A DNA stretch of 64,000 nucleotides from positions 832,798 through 896,797 of the forward strand of contig JADKAC010000005.1 in NCBI GenBank assembly GCA_016715425.1, written 5' to 3'. The notes beneath the pieces were generated by a model. It saw only the letters and a program-made list of their open reading frames with translations, was not told the origin of the DNA and did no database searches. Shown one piece after another: positions 51,538 to 61,610 of this stretch. The translations under genes were made by a program, and so were the position numbers. This DNA is from Bacteroidota bacterium. Lineage in GTDB: Bacteria > Bacteroidota > Bacteroidia > Chitinophagales > BACL12. Position 1 is the stretch's first letter; each line of letters begins with the position of its first letter.

Positions 51538-53060
51538 ATGCCAATACAACCAACATATCCCGGAGTGTATGTTCAAGAAGTGCCCAGTGGGGTACGAACC
51601 ATTGCCGGAGTCAGCACATCCATTGCAATGTTTATCGGACGCACAAAATGGGGGCCTGTAAATGAGCCTATTTCATGTCTGAATTACACCGAATTCCTAC
51701 GCACATTCACTGAAGATATATCGCAGGGTGATATGGCAAGAGCTGTTCGGCTATTTTTTATAAATGGAGGTACTAGATGCTATGTTAATCGCATTGGGGC
51801 AAATATTGATACAGCATTGTTAACTATTCAAGATGGTGAAGGGGCTCCGGCAGATTCTTTAACAGTTTCAGCAAAATATCCTGGCGATTTAGGTGAATCA
51901 ATTCATTTGATAATTACCAACTCCACTACTGGTGTAAATGGCACTTTCGATCTTGAACTTTATAGAGATATTGCTGGAATTAAAACAGATAACCAGAAAT
52001 GGACAGGTCTGTCAATGAATCCTACTAATCAAAAGTATGCTCCCACGTATGTCAATTATAAATGGGCAGTTTTAACTTCAAATGAAATTGTTCCGGCCAC
52101 TGTTCCTCCAACTTTCAATCAATTTGCTCCTGATAATACAGCAGATACTCAACTGGCTGGAGGAAGCGATGGTATAACACCTTTAACCAATAATGAATAT
52201 ACTGCAGCCTATGATGTAATAGATAAGGAAGTAGATTTATTTAATCTTATGATTATTCCAAAAGATAATTCAATTGATCAGGAAGATGTTTGGGCATTGG
52301 CAAGTGAGTTTTGTTTGCGAAGACGAGCCTTCTTGTTAATGGATCCCCGTGAAGAATGGACAACTTATCAAGAAGCCACTCATGTTACGGATGGTGTTAA
52401 TTCACTCCGCACAAGTTTAGTTAAAGACCACAGTGCTGTATTTTCCCCCGATTAACCGTAAATGAAAATGGAGTTACTATTAATGTAGGACCCAGTGGTG
52501 CAATTGCCGGGCTAATGGCAAGAACAGATTCAAACCGTGGTGTTTGGAAAGCACCTGCAGGTACGGAAGCGGATCTTCGGGGAATTACTGGTCTTGAATA
52601 TCGTTTCAGTGATTCAGAAAACGGTGTAATGAATCCGAGAGGAATTAATATAATCCGGATTTTTCCAAACGGTATAGTAAATTGGGGTGCCCGGACTATG
52701 GATGGTGATGATGATTTTGCTAGTGAGTATAAATACATTCCCATTCGCCGAACAGCGCTGTTTATAGAAGAGAGTCTTTATCGAGGTTTAAAATGGGTTG
52801 TTTTCGAACCCAATGATGAGCCACTTTGGGCACAAGTACGATTGAATGTCGGAGCATTTATGCACAACTTGTTTCGTCAGGGAGCATTTCAGGGAACAAA
52901 GAAGCAAGATGCATACTTTGTGAAATGCGACAGTGAAACAACTACACAAAATGATATCAACTTAGGTATAGTAAATATTTGGGTAGGATTTGCTCCTTTA
53001 AAACCTGCTGAATTCGTAATTCTATATCTGCAACAAATGACTGGACAAATACAGGTTTAA
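51538..53060 (+). pseudogene. contractile tail sheath protein (eCIS Afp2-4/Pvc2-4-like), interrupted by a single-base frame disruption
   Basis: N-terminal PTYPGVYVQEVPSGVRTIAGVSTSIAMFIG, and the C-terminal part GPSGAIAGLMARTDSNRGVWKAPAG...NIIR...GARTM. The two parts sit in frames offset by -1 and join as ..SAVFSP|RLTVNENG.. if one base is added in the C5 run at 52445-52449. Confidence 0.85.
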
Positions 53061-53078
53061 CTTTTTAAAACAATAATT

Positions 53079-53585
53079 ATGGCGGTTCCTCAATTTGTGG
53101 TTAATGCGTATCGCTTTGACCCCTACAAAAATTTTAAATTCCGAATTCGTTGGGACGGAAAAGTCGTTGCGGGTGTGAGTAAAGTAACCGGATTAAAACA
53201 ATCCACCGAACCCGTAAAACATAGGGAAGGTGGTGATCCCAGCAGTTCCAGACTAAGCCCAAGTGTTTGGAGTTTCGAACCCATTACTCTTGATAGAGGA
53301 GTAACACATGATCCGGAATTTGAAAACTGGGCAAAAAAAGTGTGGAACGTGGAAGGCGACTCTGCTATCTCCTTAAAAGATTTTCGCAAGGATATTATTA
53401 TTGAATTGCTCAATGAGCAAGGTGTAGTTGCAAAAGCGTATAAAGTATATCGCTGTTGGGTTTCCACTTATCAGGCACTGCCAGAATTAGATGCCGGTGG
53501 AAATGCTGTCGCTATTGAGCAAATGGTTTTGCAAAATGAAGGTTGGGAGCGTGATGTAGAAATTCCTGAACCTTCGCAAACTTAA
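53079..53585 (+). CDS. contractile-system inner tube protein (T4 gp19 / Afp1-Afp5-like)
   Basis: YRFDPYKNFKFRIRWDGKVVAGVSKVTGLKQSTEPVKHREGGD...FEPITLDRGVTHD.EFENW is the conserved phage-tail-region tube signature. Confidence 0.85.
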   Translation: MAVPQFVVNAYRFDPYKNFKFRIRWDGKVVAGVSKVTGLKQSTEPVKHREGGDPSSSRLSPSVWSFEPITLDRGVTHDPEFENWAKKVWNVEGDSAISLKDFRKDIIIELLNEQGVVAKAYKVYRCWVSTYQALPELDAGGNAVAIEQMVLQNEGWERDVEIPEPSQT

Positions 53586-53595
53586 GAGATTGATA

Positions 53596-54357
53596 ATGAG
53601 TGATACAGAAGATTTGTTAATTCCATTGAGGTTAACTCCAGGAGTTGAGTCTATTACTTTAAGGAGTTTGAGAGGTAGGGATGAAATAGTAATTCAAAAT
53701 ACTGGAACAAAAAATCTGTTAAGTTTTCTCGAATCTTTAATTCAATCAGAGCAATCAACTAATAAGATTAATTCTTCCCAAATTGTAACTGCAGATCGAG
53801 ATCGTTTATTAGCACTCTTCTATATCTCTTTGTATGGTGCCAAAATTGAAAGTACGGTAAGCTGTAAAGAATGTGATCAGAAATTTGATCTTGATTTTAG
53901 GCTCGATGAGCTTCTTCAACATTATCAACCATCTACTAGCATTTTACTTAACAGTGGTAAATATGAATTAGAATCTGGAGTTTGTTTCAGGCTTCCCAAT
54001 GGTGAAGATGAAATTCTAATTGAAGGACTCAATATTGAAGAAGCAGAAAAGCAATTATTTGAAAGATGTTTACTCATGGGAGACATTGAAACGGATAAAG
54101 AAAAAGTTCAGCAGAAAATGGCGGAACTTGCACCCTTACTTACAATGAATATGCAAACCATTTGTCCGGAATGTAGCCATGTCCAAGAAGTTCGGTTTGA
54201 TATTCAATCCTTTTTCCTTACAAAACTCAATCAGGAAAAATCCACCTTATTAAGAGAAATACATTCAATAGCATCTCATTATCATTGGTCACATCAGGAA
54301 ATTTTGGAATTGCCCAGAAATTTAAGAAAACAATATGCTGCCTTAATTGAAAGCTGA
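53596..54357 (+). CDS. eCIS-associated hypothetical protein with a split 4-Cys zinc-ribbon-like site
   Basis: Sits directly after the tube gene. CKEC (..SCKECDQKF..) and CPEC (..ICPECSHVQ..) pairs lie about 90 aa apart. Confidence 0.5.
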   Translation: MSDTEDLLIPLRLTPGVESITLRSLRGRDEIVIQNTGTKNLLSFLESLIQSEQSTNKINSSQIVTADRDRLLALFYISLYGAKIESTVSCKECDQKFDLDFRLDELLQHYQPSTSILLNSGKYELESGVCFRLPNGEDEILIEGLNIEEAEKQLFERCLLMGDIETDKEKVQQKMAELAPLLTMNMQTICPECSHVQEVRFDIQSFFLTKLNQEKSTLLREIHSIASHYHWSHQEILELPRNLRKQYAALIES

Positions 54358-54359
54358 TT

Positions 54360-55120
54360 ATGAATAACTACTTTGCAAAGCTTGCAGCTAGAAACAATCA
54401 AGAAAATAATCATTCATTATTACCAATAATTTCAACAAATACTCTCAGTAATGAAAAAGCATTAATTGATGAGAGAGAGAAATTAAAGCCAACTGAATTT
54501 GCTCAGAAGAATGAAGATTTCCAACAAGACCTTTTAACTATTCAACCTCAACCGAAACAATCAATTTTGGAAAAAAATGAAACACCTGAGCTTAAGAATA
54601 ATAATGTTACTTCCTATTTATTAAAGCACATCGACAGAATAAATGATTTTGAAAATAAAGATGCTGCAATTAATAACCATTACACCTCTGAGGAAATGAA
54701 ATATGAAGACTCGGCAAAATCGCTTAAAAAACCTAAACAGCCATTAGGCAATCTAACTCCAAATTCCACAAAGAGTATTTTAAGCGAGGAGGATTATTCA
54801 AATAGTAAATCATATACTGAAGAGAATCCTGAATTTATTTTGCCTTCTCAAATTCAATCTCTAAGTTCCAATAAATTGATTTCAAATAAAAAGGAGTGGA
54901 GAGAATTGTTTCTAATATGGGGGCAAATAAAAACAAGCAACTGGTTCATAATAGAAATCAAATAGCAAGTCCTAAGCTTGTAATTGGAAAAATTATAGTT
55001 GAGATTATATCCCCCAAAACAATTTCTCCTCCCAAAATAATTACAAGGATTGTTTCTCAAAACGCTAAACCAAATTCATCAAAATCAAATAAACTGTCTT
55101 TTGGCTTAGGTCAAATGTAG
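54360..55120 (+). CDS. low-complexity eCIS protein encoded in two -1-offset overlapping frames (possible tape-measure or assembly-chaperone analogue)
   Basis: ORF 54360-54965 is N/S/K/E-rich. The -1 frame is open from 54890 to 55120 and encodes ...SPKLVIGKIIVEIISP...SFGLGQM. An AAA-AAG lysine pair lies at 54888-54893, exactly where the -1 frame opens. Confidence 0.45.
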
Positions 55121-55121
55121 T

Positions 55122-56390
55122 ATGGATTATACTTCTTTAAAAGAGATAAGCGAAACAATTATTGCAGTAATTCAAACAGCAGTAAATGATACTGAAAATT
55201 GGCCGCCAACTTTAAAAGTGCTTCCTGAATTGCTAAGGGATCAAAATAATGGAATTGGATTTTATTTATTTCATGCAAATGAAAGCAGCCACTATAAGAA
55301 TTTTCCTGCTCCCGGAAATGATAATCCTCCCGTGAAATATACCCCAATGGCATTGAATTTATTTTATCAATTATCGGCAAACAGCACAAATATTAATAAT
55401 GAAAAGGATGCCTATGATGAGCAGAATTTGATGAGTGTGGCAATGAAATCTTTACACGATCATTCCGAAATAAAAACAACTACCACCGGTAAAAAAATCA
55501 ATATCAAAATTACTCTTCAAACACTCACGCCAAGTGAATCTGTTCAATACTGGGCCGCAGCGGAATCACCCGTCAGGCTTTCGGCTTATTATGAAGTTTC
55601 CGCTGTATTTCTTGAGCCGGAAAAGCAAAAGTCCTATGCAGGCAGGGTACTTTCTTATGGCAATTTTGTATTCGTAAGAGGATTACCTCAAATTACTTCC
55701 AGCGAAAGTATAATTGAATATATGATGCCGGGAGAAGCTACTTTAAGTCAGGTAAAAATTAGTCCGGCTCAAGCAATTCCTGCATTTATGTTTCCTGATA
55801 TCACCAATAGTAAGGTGAGTTTTTTTGGAACAGGCTTTTATGGAAATAATATAAAATTGTTAGTGATAAGTCCTTTATGGCCGGAACCTGCCTTGGCAGA
55901 TGACTCTTGGCAAGCAACTATTGTTTCTGAAAATCTCTTCACTATTGTTGTTCAACCCACAGCAAATCTGGTGAATGCTTTAACACCTGTAGATATTATT
56001 CCGGGACTTTATTCAGCTCAAGTAAGTATCACTGAAGAAAGGACTTTACCTAATGGAACAATCAAAATATTTAATCATGTTTCTAACCAGTTTCCTTTTT
56101 CAGTAATGCCCCGAATCAGTGCGATTAGCCCTTTAATAGCGGGTGTCTTTTCAGTAACTTGTAATGTATTTCAACATACGGGATTAACTGTAGATGATAT
56201 TCAAGTTTATATCGGAGAAACAAAACTTGTATTATCTAATGCGGTTCTTCCGGCTTCAGGTGAATTTAAAATTACTTCAAATACCACTATTGATATTCAA
56301 ATACCAAGTGGTTTACCATCGGGTGAAATTGCATTGAGAATATTAATTAGAGGAATTGAATCAGAACCCCGATGGATTACAATTCCTTAA
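55122..56390 (+). CDS. DUF4255-domain protein (eCIS tail terminator/cap, Afp16-like) with an extended C-terminal beta-rich region
   Basis: N-terminal ...IGFYLFHANESSHYKNFP....PMALNLFYQLSA...EQNLMSVAMKSLHDHSEI matches the DUF4255 pattern. 422 aa. Confidence 0.65.
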   Translation: MDYTSLKEISETIIAVIQTAVNDTENWPPTLKVLPELLRDQNNGIGFYLFHANESSHYKNFPAPGNDNPPVKYTPMALNLFYQLSANSTNINNEKDAYDEQNLMSVAMKSLHDHSEIKTTTTGKKINIKITLQTLTPSESVQYWAAAESPVRLSAYYEVSAVFLEPEKQKSYAGRVLSYGNFVFVRGLPQITSSESIIEYMMPGEATLSQVKISPAQAIPAFMFPDITNSKVSFFGTGFYGNNIKLLVISPLWPEPALADDSWQATIVSENLFTIVVQPTANLVNALTPVDIIPGLYSAQVSITEERTLPNGTIKIFNHVSNQFPFSVMPRISAISPLIAGVFSVTCNVFQHTGLTVDDIQVYIGETKLVLSNAVLPASGEFKITSNTTIDIQIPSGLPSGEIALRILIRGIESEPRWITIP

Positions 56391-56413
56391 ATGAAATAGT
56401 CAAGTTTAAATAA

Positions 56414-58504
56414 TTGATTGATACAAACGAAAATATAGTTTTTGAAGGTGTAAATATCCAAAGGGATGATTTAGCTGGGCTTGTAGTAGCAAGAATTCGA
56501 TTGCTTTCTCAAAGGCGAATTTCCTGGCTTCGCAAAATTTGGAGTGAAAATTCCAATTCCGGCAATACTGAATTTAATGCCCATAGCGAAGTAGATGGAT
56601 ACCTGATTGATAAAGATATTCCTGTTAAAGAAAGTGAATGGTATGCGCAAGATTCTGAAATACAAGAGATATCATTTCTCTTAAATGAAACCGAACAAGC
56701 CTTGTTAGGTAATCCCGATTTGCGGTTAAATATTCTCGCTGATATTTTTAAATTAAATAGTTTAGAAATTGATATTCTTCAAATATGTCTGGCTATTTCC
56801 ATTGAACCAAATATGGGGAGAGTATTTGCTTATTTGCAAGATAATTCATCAAAAAACTATGTAACTGATTCTTTAGTTGCAAGACTTTTTGGCTATGGCA
56901 ACTGGATTATTTTACCCGCTTCATCATCTTTAAAAATTTGGGGACTAATTAAAGAAAATGTTTCTCAACAAAGCGAACCTGCAAGATTTGAATGTGATCC
57001 TTTTATTAAAAACTGGCTATTAGGATTGGATGCCATTGATGATTCTTTAATCAGCATTTGTAATTTCCAATCGCCAGAAAATCCTTTAAAAAACTGGCCG
57101 GTTCACAATACAGTATCAGATATTAAAAGGATAACGAATAACCAGCCTCAAAATAAACTTAGAGTTTTTGTGGAAGGGTCAGAGGGATGCGGTCGTAAAA
57201 CCTTTGCAGCTGTAGTAAGTAAAAATTTGGGATTGCCGCTAATTGCAATAAATGCAGATAGAATTCCTGAAAACCGTTGGCAACTCTTTTATATGCTTGC
57301 ACAACGACAGGCTTTTCTATTAAATGCAGCCGTGGCCTGGTATGGAGAAACAATGCAAGAGCATTTTTGGCCTTCGGATATTCCTTCCTGCAATTTGCAA
57401 TTTGTAATAGGAGAGTCTGATGAATCTCTTGTTACTAATAGTCATTTTATTGATTTGCGAATAACACTACCAAATATTTCTTATGAAGAAAGGTTAAGCC
57501 TCTGGCGAAAATTTGTTCCGCAATCATTGGAATGGGAAAAAAGGGAAATGGAAGAAATGGTTTTAAGGTATGAAACTACTGCAGGGCAAATTGTTTCCAT
57601 AGGTAAAAAAAGAACGGCGACAATTGAAAATGCCTATGAGGCTTTGCGGGCAGATTCCGGTCGGAGGTTGGGAAGTTTAGCACAGCAAATGCCCGGTACG
57701 TTTTCATTTGATGATTTGGTCTTACCGGATTATACTAGAAAAGGAATTGAAGATTTTGTTTTTGAAGCAACGGAAAGGATTACCTTTTGGGAGCAATCAA
57801 ATACCAAACGTCTTTTCCCTTATGGTCGTGGTCTTATCGGGTTATTTGCCGGTGAATCCGGAACAGGGAAAACAATGGCTGCGCAAGTAATTGCGGCTGA
57901 GTTAAAATTAGATTTATTTCGAATTGATCTTTCTAATGTAGTGAGCAAGTATATTGGTGAAAGTTCAAAAAATATAGAACGCATTTTAGCAAGAGCCAAA
58001 AACATGAATGTGGTTTTGCTTTTTGATGAAGCCGATTCGATCTTTGGGAAAAGAACTGATATTAAAGATGCCCATGACCGTTATGCAAATACGGATACAA
58101 ATTACTTGTTGCAGGCAATCGAATCTTATCCAGGTATAGTAATTCTTTCGAGTAATAAAAAATCAAATATTGACAGTGGGTTTACCAGAAGAATTCGATA
58201 TGTACTGGAATTTTCCAAACCTGATGCAGCGCAAAGACTGCTGATTTGGAAAAAAATATTAGGAGAAATGACAAATAGCCAAACACTTTTAAAACTTGAA
58301 AATGAATTGATTAAGCTTTCTGCTTTAATGGAAATTACAGGTGCCCAAATAAAACAAACTATATTATCAGCATTATTTATTGCACGACGGGAAAAATCAG
58401 AATTGCATATTTCACATTTACTTTCCGGACTTGAAAGAGAGATGGCAAAAGAGGGCAGAGGACTGGGTAAACAGATGCAAGAAAATTTCACCAAAACCTT
58501 ATGA
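56414..58504 (+). CDS. AAA+ ATPase (eCIS Afp15-like)
   Basis: Walker A GESGTGKTMAAQVIA, Walker B VLLFDEADSIFGKR, and SKYIGESSKNIERIL (CDC48/FtsH-like AAA). A long N-terminal region is present, as in Afp15-type proteins. TTG start. Confidence 0.85.
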   Translation: MIDTNENIVFEGVNIQRDDLAGLVVARIRLLSQRRISWLRKIWSENSNSGNTEFNAHSEVDGYLIDKDIPVKESEWYAQDSEIQEISFLLNETEQALLGNPDLRLNILADIFKLNSLEIDILQICLAISIEPNMGRVFAYLQDNSSKNYVTDSLVARLFGYGNWIILPASSSLKIWGLIKENVSQQSEPARFECDPFIKNWLLGLDAIDDSLISICNFQSPENPLKNWPVHNTVSDIKRITNNQPQNKLRVFVEGSEGCGRKTFAAVVSKNLGLPLIAINADRIPENRWQLFYMLAQRQAFLLNAAVAWYGETMQEHFWPSDIPSCNLQFVIGESDESLVTNSHFIDLRITLPNISYEERLSLWRKFVPQSLEWEKREMEEMVLRYETTAGQIVSIGKKRTATIENAYEALRADSGRRLGSLAQQMPGTFSFDDLVLPDYTRKGIEDFVFEATERITFWEQSNTKRLFPYGRGLIGLFAGESGTGKTMAAQVIAAELKLDLFRIDLSNVVSKYIGESSKNIERILARAKNMNVVLLFDEADSIFGKRTDIKDAHDRYANTDTNYLLQAIESYPGIVILSSNKKSNIDSGFTRRIRYVLEFSKPDAAQRLLIWKKILGEMTNSQTLLKLENELIKLSALMEITGAQIKQTILSALFIARREKSELHISHLLSGLEREMAKEGRGLGKQMQENFTKTL

Positions 58505-58737
58505 TACAAATAGATGAATTGCAAATCAGGATGTCGGGCAAAAGCGAATATGATGGAAATACAATAGCCAAACAAGTTGCTGAAAGATTGGCTGAATCTC
58601 TTCCGGAATATTCAGGCACTCACCATATTCCTCAATTAAATGTGCACATGCAATTGAAAGGTTCTAATGATACCACTCAACTTGCAAATCAAATTGCCGA
58701 ACAGATTATCCGCCAAATAAAACTTACCACTTTTTAA
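58501..58737 (+). CDS. small hypothetical protein between the ATPase and DUF4157 genes
   Basis: 78-aa ORF. ATGA overlap with the ATPase stop, and it ends 1 nt before the next ATG. Confidence 0.45.
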   Translation: MIQIDELQIRMSGKSEYDGNTIAKQVAERLAESLPEYSGTHHIPQLNVHMQLKGSNDTTQLANQIAEQIIRQIKLTTF

Positions 58738-58738
58738 A

Positions 58739-59871
58739 ATGAATGCGCTTTTACATCATAACAATTTAGCTGTAAAACCTGCAATGACTTTTGCTAAAAC
58801 AAAACCAGTTGTTCAGGCAAAACTCACTGTAAATGAGCCGGGAGATATCTATGAACAGGAAGCCGAAGCAATGGCAGACAGGGTAATGCGAATGTCTTCC
58901 AACGAAGCAACAAAACCCGTTACAGGTTTAATTGGCAAATCCTTACAAAGAAAATGTGCTCATTGCGAAGAAGAGGAAAAAAAGAAAAACCCATTATGCG
59001 CAAGGCTGAAGCAGGCAATTCGGGTATGTCCGTTTCAACTTCATTTGCTTCTTCTTTAAATGCTTCAAAAGGAGGTGGCTCTCCATTGCCGGATGGAACA
59101 AGGAGTTTTATGGAAAACGCTTTTAGTGCAGATTTTTCGGAGGTAAGAATTCATACAGGAAGCAAGGCTTCTGAAATGAGTAGAGGAATAAATTCAAAAG
59201 CTTTTACGCATGGGAATGATATTTATTTTAATGAGTGCCAATACTCTCCCAATACCCATTCTGGAAAAAGTTTGCTGGCACATGAGTTGACGCACACTAT
59301 ACATCAAAATACAAATCAAAAATCCATCGGAAGTATTCAACGTTTTGCGGATTGCAATGTTTCTCAAAATCAAATGATCAGAGATGGATTGACTCGTGCA
59401 AGAAGAAGATCAACTCGTGCAATTCGTGCGGTTACTAACTTGCAAAACGGGAGTGATAGAAGTGCAGCTGGATCTTTAGCTCGTTTCTTTGGTGAAGTAA
59501 CCTCAGCTCAAATTACAATCATACTAGATAGAATGAATGCTGCCGATGGCCAGTTGAACAATCCAGCACTTTGGAAATGCGATACGGCTGCTACTTATTC
59601 TCATTGTGGTCCACCAAATCCTTGGTGCGCCGGAACCTTATGTCCTTCAATTGGTGCCATTACCCATTTATGTCCTAGGGTTTTTAACGAGGAAAGCTCA
59701 ATGGGATGTGTAGAAAGCAGCAGATCTATATTATTACAACACGAAGCATTGCGAGCTGCAGGTGTATGTGGCGGTGTTCAACCACCTGGAGATATGACAT
59801 CTCCCGGATCAATAAATAATATTTTTTCCTATTCTCGCTTTATGTATAGTATTGCAAGTGGAAGTAGATGA
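58739..59871 (+). pseudogene. DUF4157 (eCIS-associated zincin-like) effector-type protein, copy 1, with a 1-nt frame disruption
   Basis: GGGSPLPDGTRSFMENAFSADFSEVRIHTG...AFTHGNDIYF...LLAHELTHTIHQ. The frame breaks at 58985-58992: AAAAACCC here versus AAAAAGCCC in the paralog at 59896. The C-terminal ~185 aa are Cys-rich and unique. Confidence 0.8.
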
Positions 59872-59895
59872 AAATCGAAAGTTGAAAGAAAAATC

Positions 59896-60813
59896 ATGAT
59901 TCATAATCTTAAAATTAATGATGCTCCAAAAGTTAATAATAAAATAATTAGAGCTAAATCATTTATTAATTCCCCGGGAGATATTTATGAGCAAGAAGCG
60001 GATGCAATGGCATACCGGGTAATGCGCATGTCATCTCAAGAATTTGAAAAACCTGTTACAGGTTTAATAGGTAAATCCTTACAAAGAAAATGTGCTCATT
60101 GCGAAGAAGAAGAAAAAAAGAAAAAGCCCATTATGCGAAAGTCAGAAGCAGGTAATTCTGGTATATCTGTTTCTTCTTCTTTTGCAGCTTCTTTAAATTC
60201 ATCCAAAGGTGGTGGTTCACCATTGTCACAGGGAACAAAAAGTTTTATGGAAAATGCGTTTAGTACTGATTTTTCTGCTGTTAAAATTCATACTGATGTA
60301 CAAGCTTCGGAATTGAGTAAGAGTATTAATGCAAAAGCATTTACGTATGGAAATGATATTTATTTTGGAGATGGACAATATAATCTTGGATCAGTTGATG
60401 GAAAATATTTACTTGCTCATGAGTTGACACATACACTTCAACAAAATATTGATTCCGGATTACTTCAACGAATTCAAGATGGTAGGGCAACCGGCTGGAA
60501 GCGATGGTATGAATTTGTTCAACAAGCAGCAAATAATTTTTATGAGAAAGAATTAAATATTGATATGAGTTTGCAAGAAAATAGAGCCAATATTGTGCAT
60601 AGCTGCAAACATGAAAATAATTGGAACCAGTGTAAAACAGAGAATTATTCGAATAATAGTAATAGCCCACAAGTAACTGTGAGCTGGAGACCAGAAAATA
60701 AGGAGGTTACTGTTATTAATTTACCCCACTTCTGTAGATATACATATGTGCATGATTCAGGTGGATACATTTTTACAAAATTAAATTGTGAAACTTTAGC
60801 TGTTTATACTTAA
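59896..60813 (+). CDS. DUF4157 (eCIS-associated zincin-like) effector-type protein, copy 2, intact
   Basis: GGGSPLSQGTKSFMENAFSTDFSAVKIHTD...AFTYGNDIYF...LLAHELTHTLQQ. The N-terminal ~190 aa are paralogous to copy 1. The C-terminal ~115 aa are unrelated to copy 1. Confidence 0.85.
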   Translation: MIHNLKINDAPKVNNKIIRAKSFINSPGDIYEQEADAMAYRVMRMSSQEFEKPVTGLIGKSLQRKCAHCEEEEKKKKPIMRKSEAGNSGISVSSSFAASLNSSKGGGSPLSQGTKSFMENAFSTDFSAVKIHTDVQASELSKSINAKAFTYGNDIYFGDGQYNLGSVDGKYLLAHELTHTLQQNIDSGLLQRIQDGRATGWKRWYEFVQQAANNFYEKELNIDMSLQENRANIVHSCKHENNWNQCKTENYSNNSNSPQVTVSWRPENKEVTVINLPHFCRYTYVHDSGGYIFTKLNCETLAVYT

Positions 60814-60865
60814 TATGGTTGCTTTATTCACTACTGAAATAAAAAATATTATAAATTAATAACCC

Positions 60866-61588
60866 ATGCCCACCGGCTACTCCCGCTCACCTAAACTTTT
60901 AAAAGGTGCTCTCATAGAATTCTCTGAGCGCTTTATTGGTCCTGTTCCAAATGTGATTGTATTCCAATACAATCCGGAAACGATGACTCGGGCATTGGAA
61001 GTATGGAGTCAAGGTGGAGGCGGAGAATCAACCACCAGCAGCGAAACTTCTCATACAGCCCAACCCTTTGATCCACCCGAAACTTTTACTCTTGCTCTTG
61101 AACTTGATGCTACCGATGCACTGGAAAATCCGGCGTCTCATCCTGTGGCTGCAATTTCTGGCGTGGCAGACAGAATTGCTGCTATGGAAATGCTTTTGTA
61201 TCCTCAGGGTGATAGTTTATTGGGTGGCTTAATGGGTTCAATTTCAAGTTCACTTGGCTTGGGAGGTGGCGGAGCAGTGCAGCCTGTTCCTCGGGGTACT
61301 GTTCCGGTAGTGTTATTTGTTTGGGGGCCTGGTCGCATTATACCAGTAAGACTTACCACTTTTTCTGTTGAAGAACAGGCCTATTCACCATTATTATATC
61401 CCATTCAGGCAAAAGTGAGTTTAGGATTAAAAATTCTAACTCCGAGAGATTTCCCGGAAACCAATAGAAAATTGAGCGAAGAACTTGCCATAACCGCCTT
61501 TAATTTTACCCGCAAACAAAAAGAAGTTTTAGCTGCTTCCAACATGGCCAATAGTGTTGAGTCAATATTGGGAATGCTTCCTTTTTAA
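60866..61588 (+). CDS. contractile-injection-system tube-like / tube-initiator-like protein (Afp7 N-terminal-domain-like)
   Basis: LLKGALIEFSERFIGPVPNVIVFQYNPETMTRAL ... VPVVLFVWGPGRIIPVRLTTFSVEEQAYSPLLYPIQAKVSLGLKIL is a pattern I associate with CIS tube-family proteins encoded next to LysM/gpX genes. Confidence 0.5.
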   Translation: MPTGYSRSPKLLKGALIEFSERFIGPVPNVIVFQYNPETMTRALEVWSQGGGGESTTSSETSHTAQPFDPPETFTLALELDATDALENPASHPVAAISGVADRIAAMEMLLYPQGDSLLGGLMGSISSSLGLGGGGAVQPVPRGTVPVVLFVWGPGRIIPVRLTTFSVEEQAYSPLLYPIQAKVSLGLKILTPRDFPETNRKLSEELAITAFNFTRKQKEVLAASNMANSVESILGMLPF

Positions 61589-61610
61589 TTTCAATCTACA
61601 ACATCAAACT

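Noticed and set aside
51520-51540. Shine-Dalgarno-like AAAGAGG upstream of the sheath ATG, and AAGGAG at 54891-54896, as evidence of foreign origin.
   Set aside because: These are single occurrences, and I cannot quantify SD usage across the window by eye. The 54891 motif is also part of the candidate frameshift region, so it is not reported as a separate regulatory feature.
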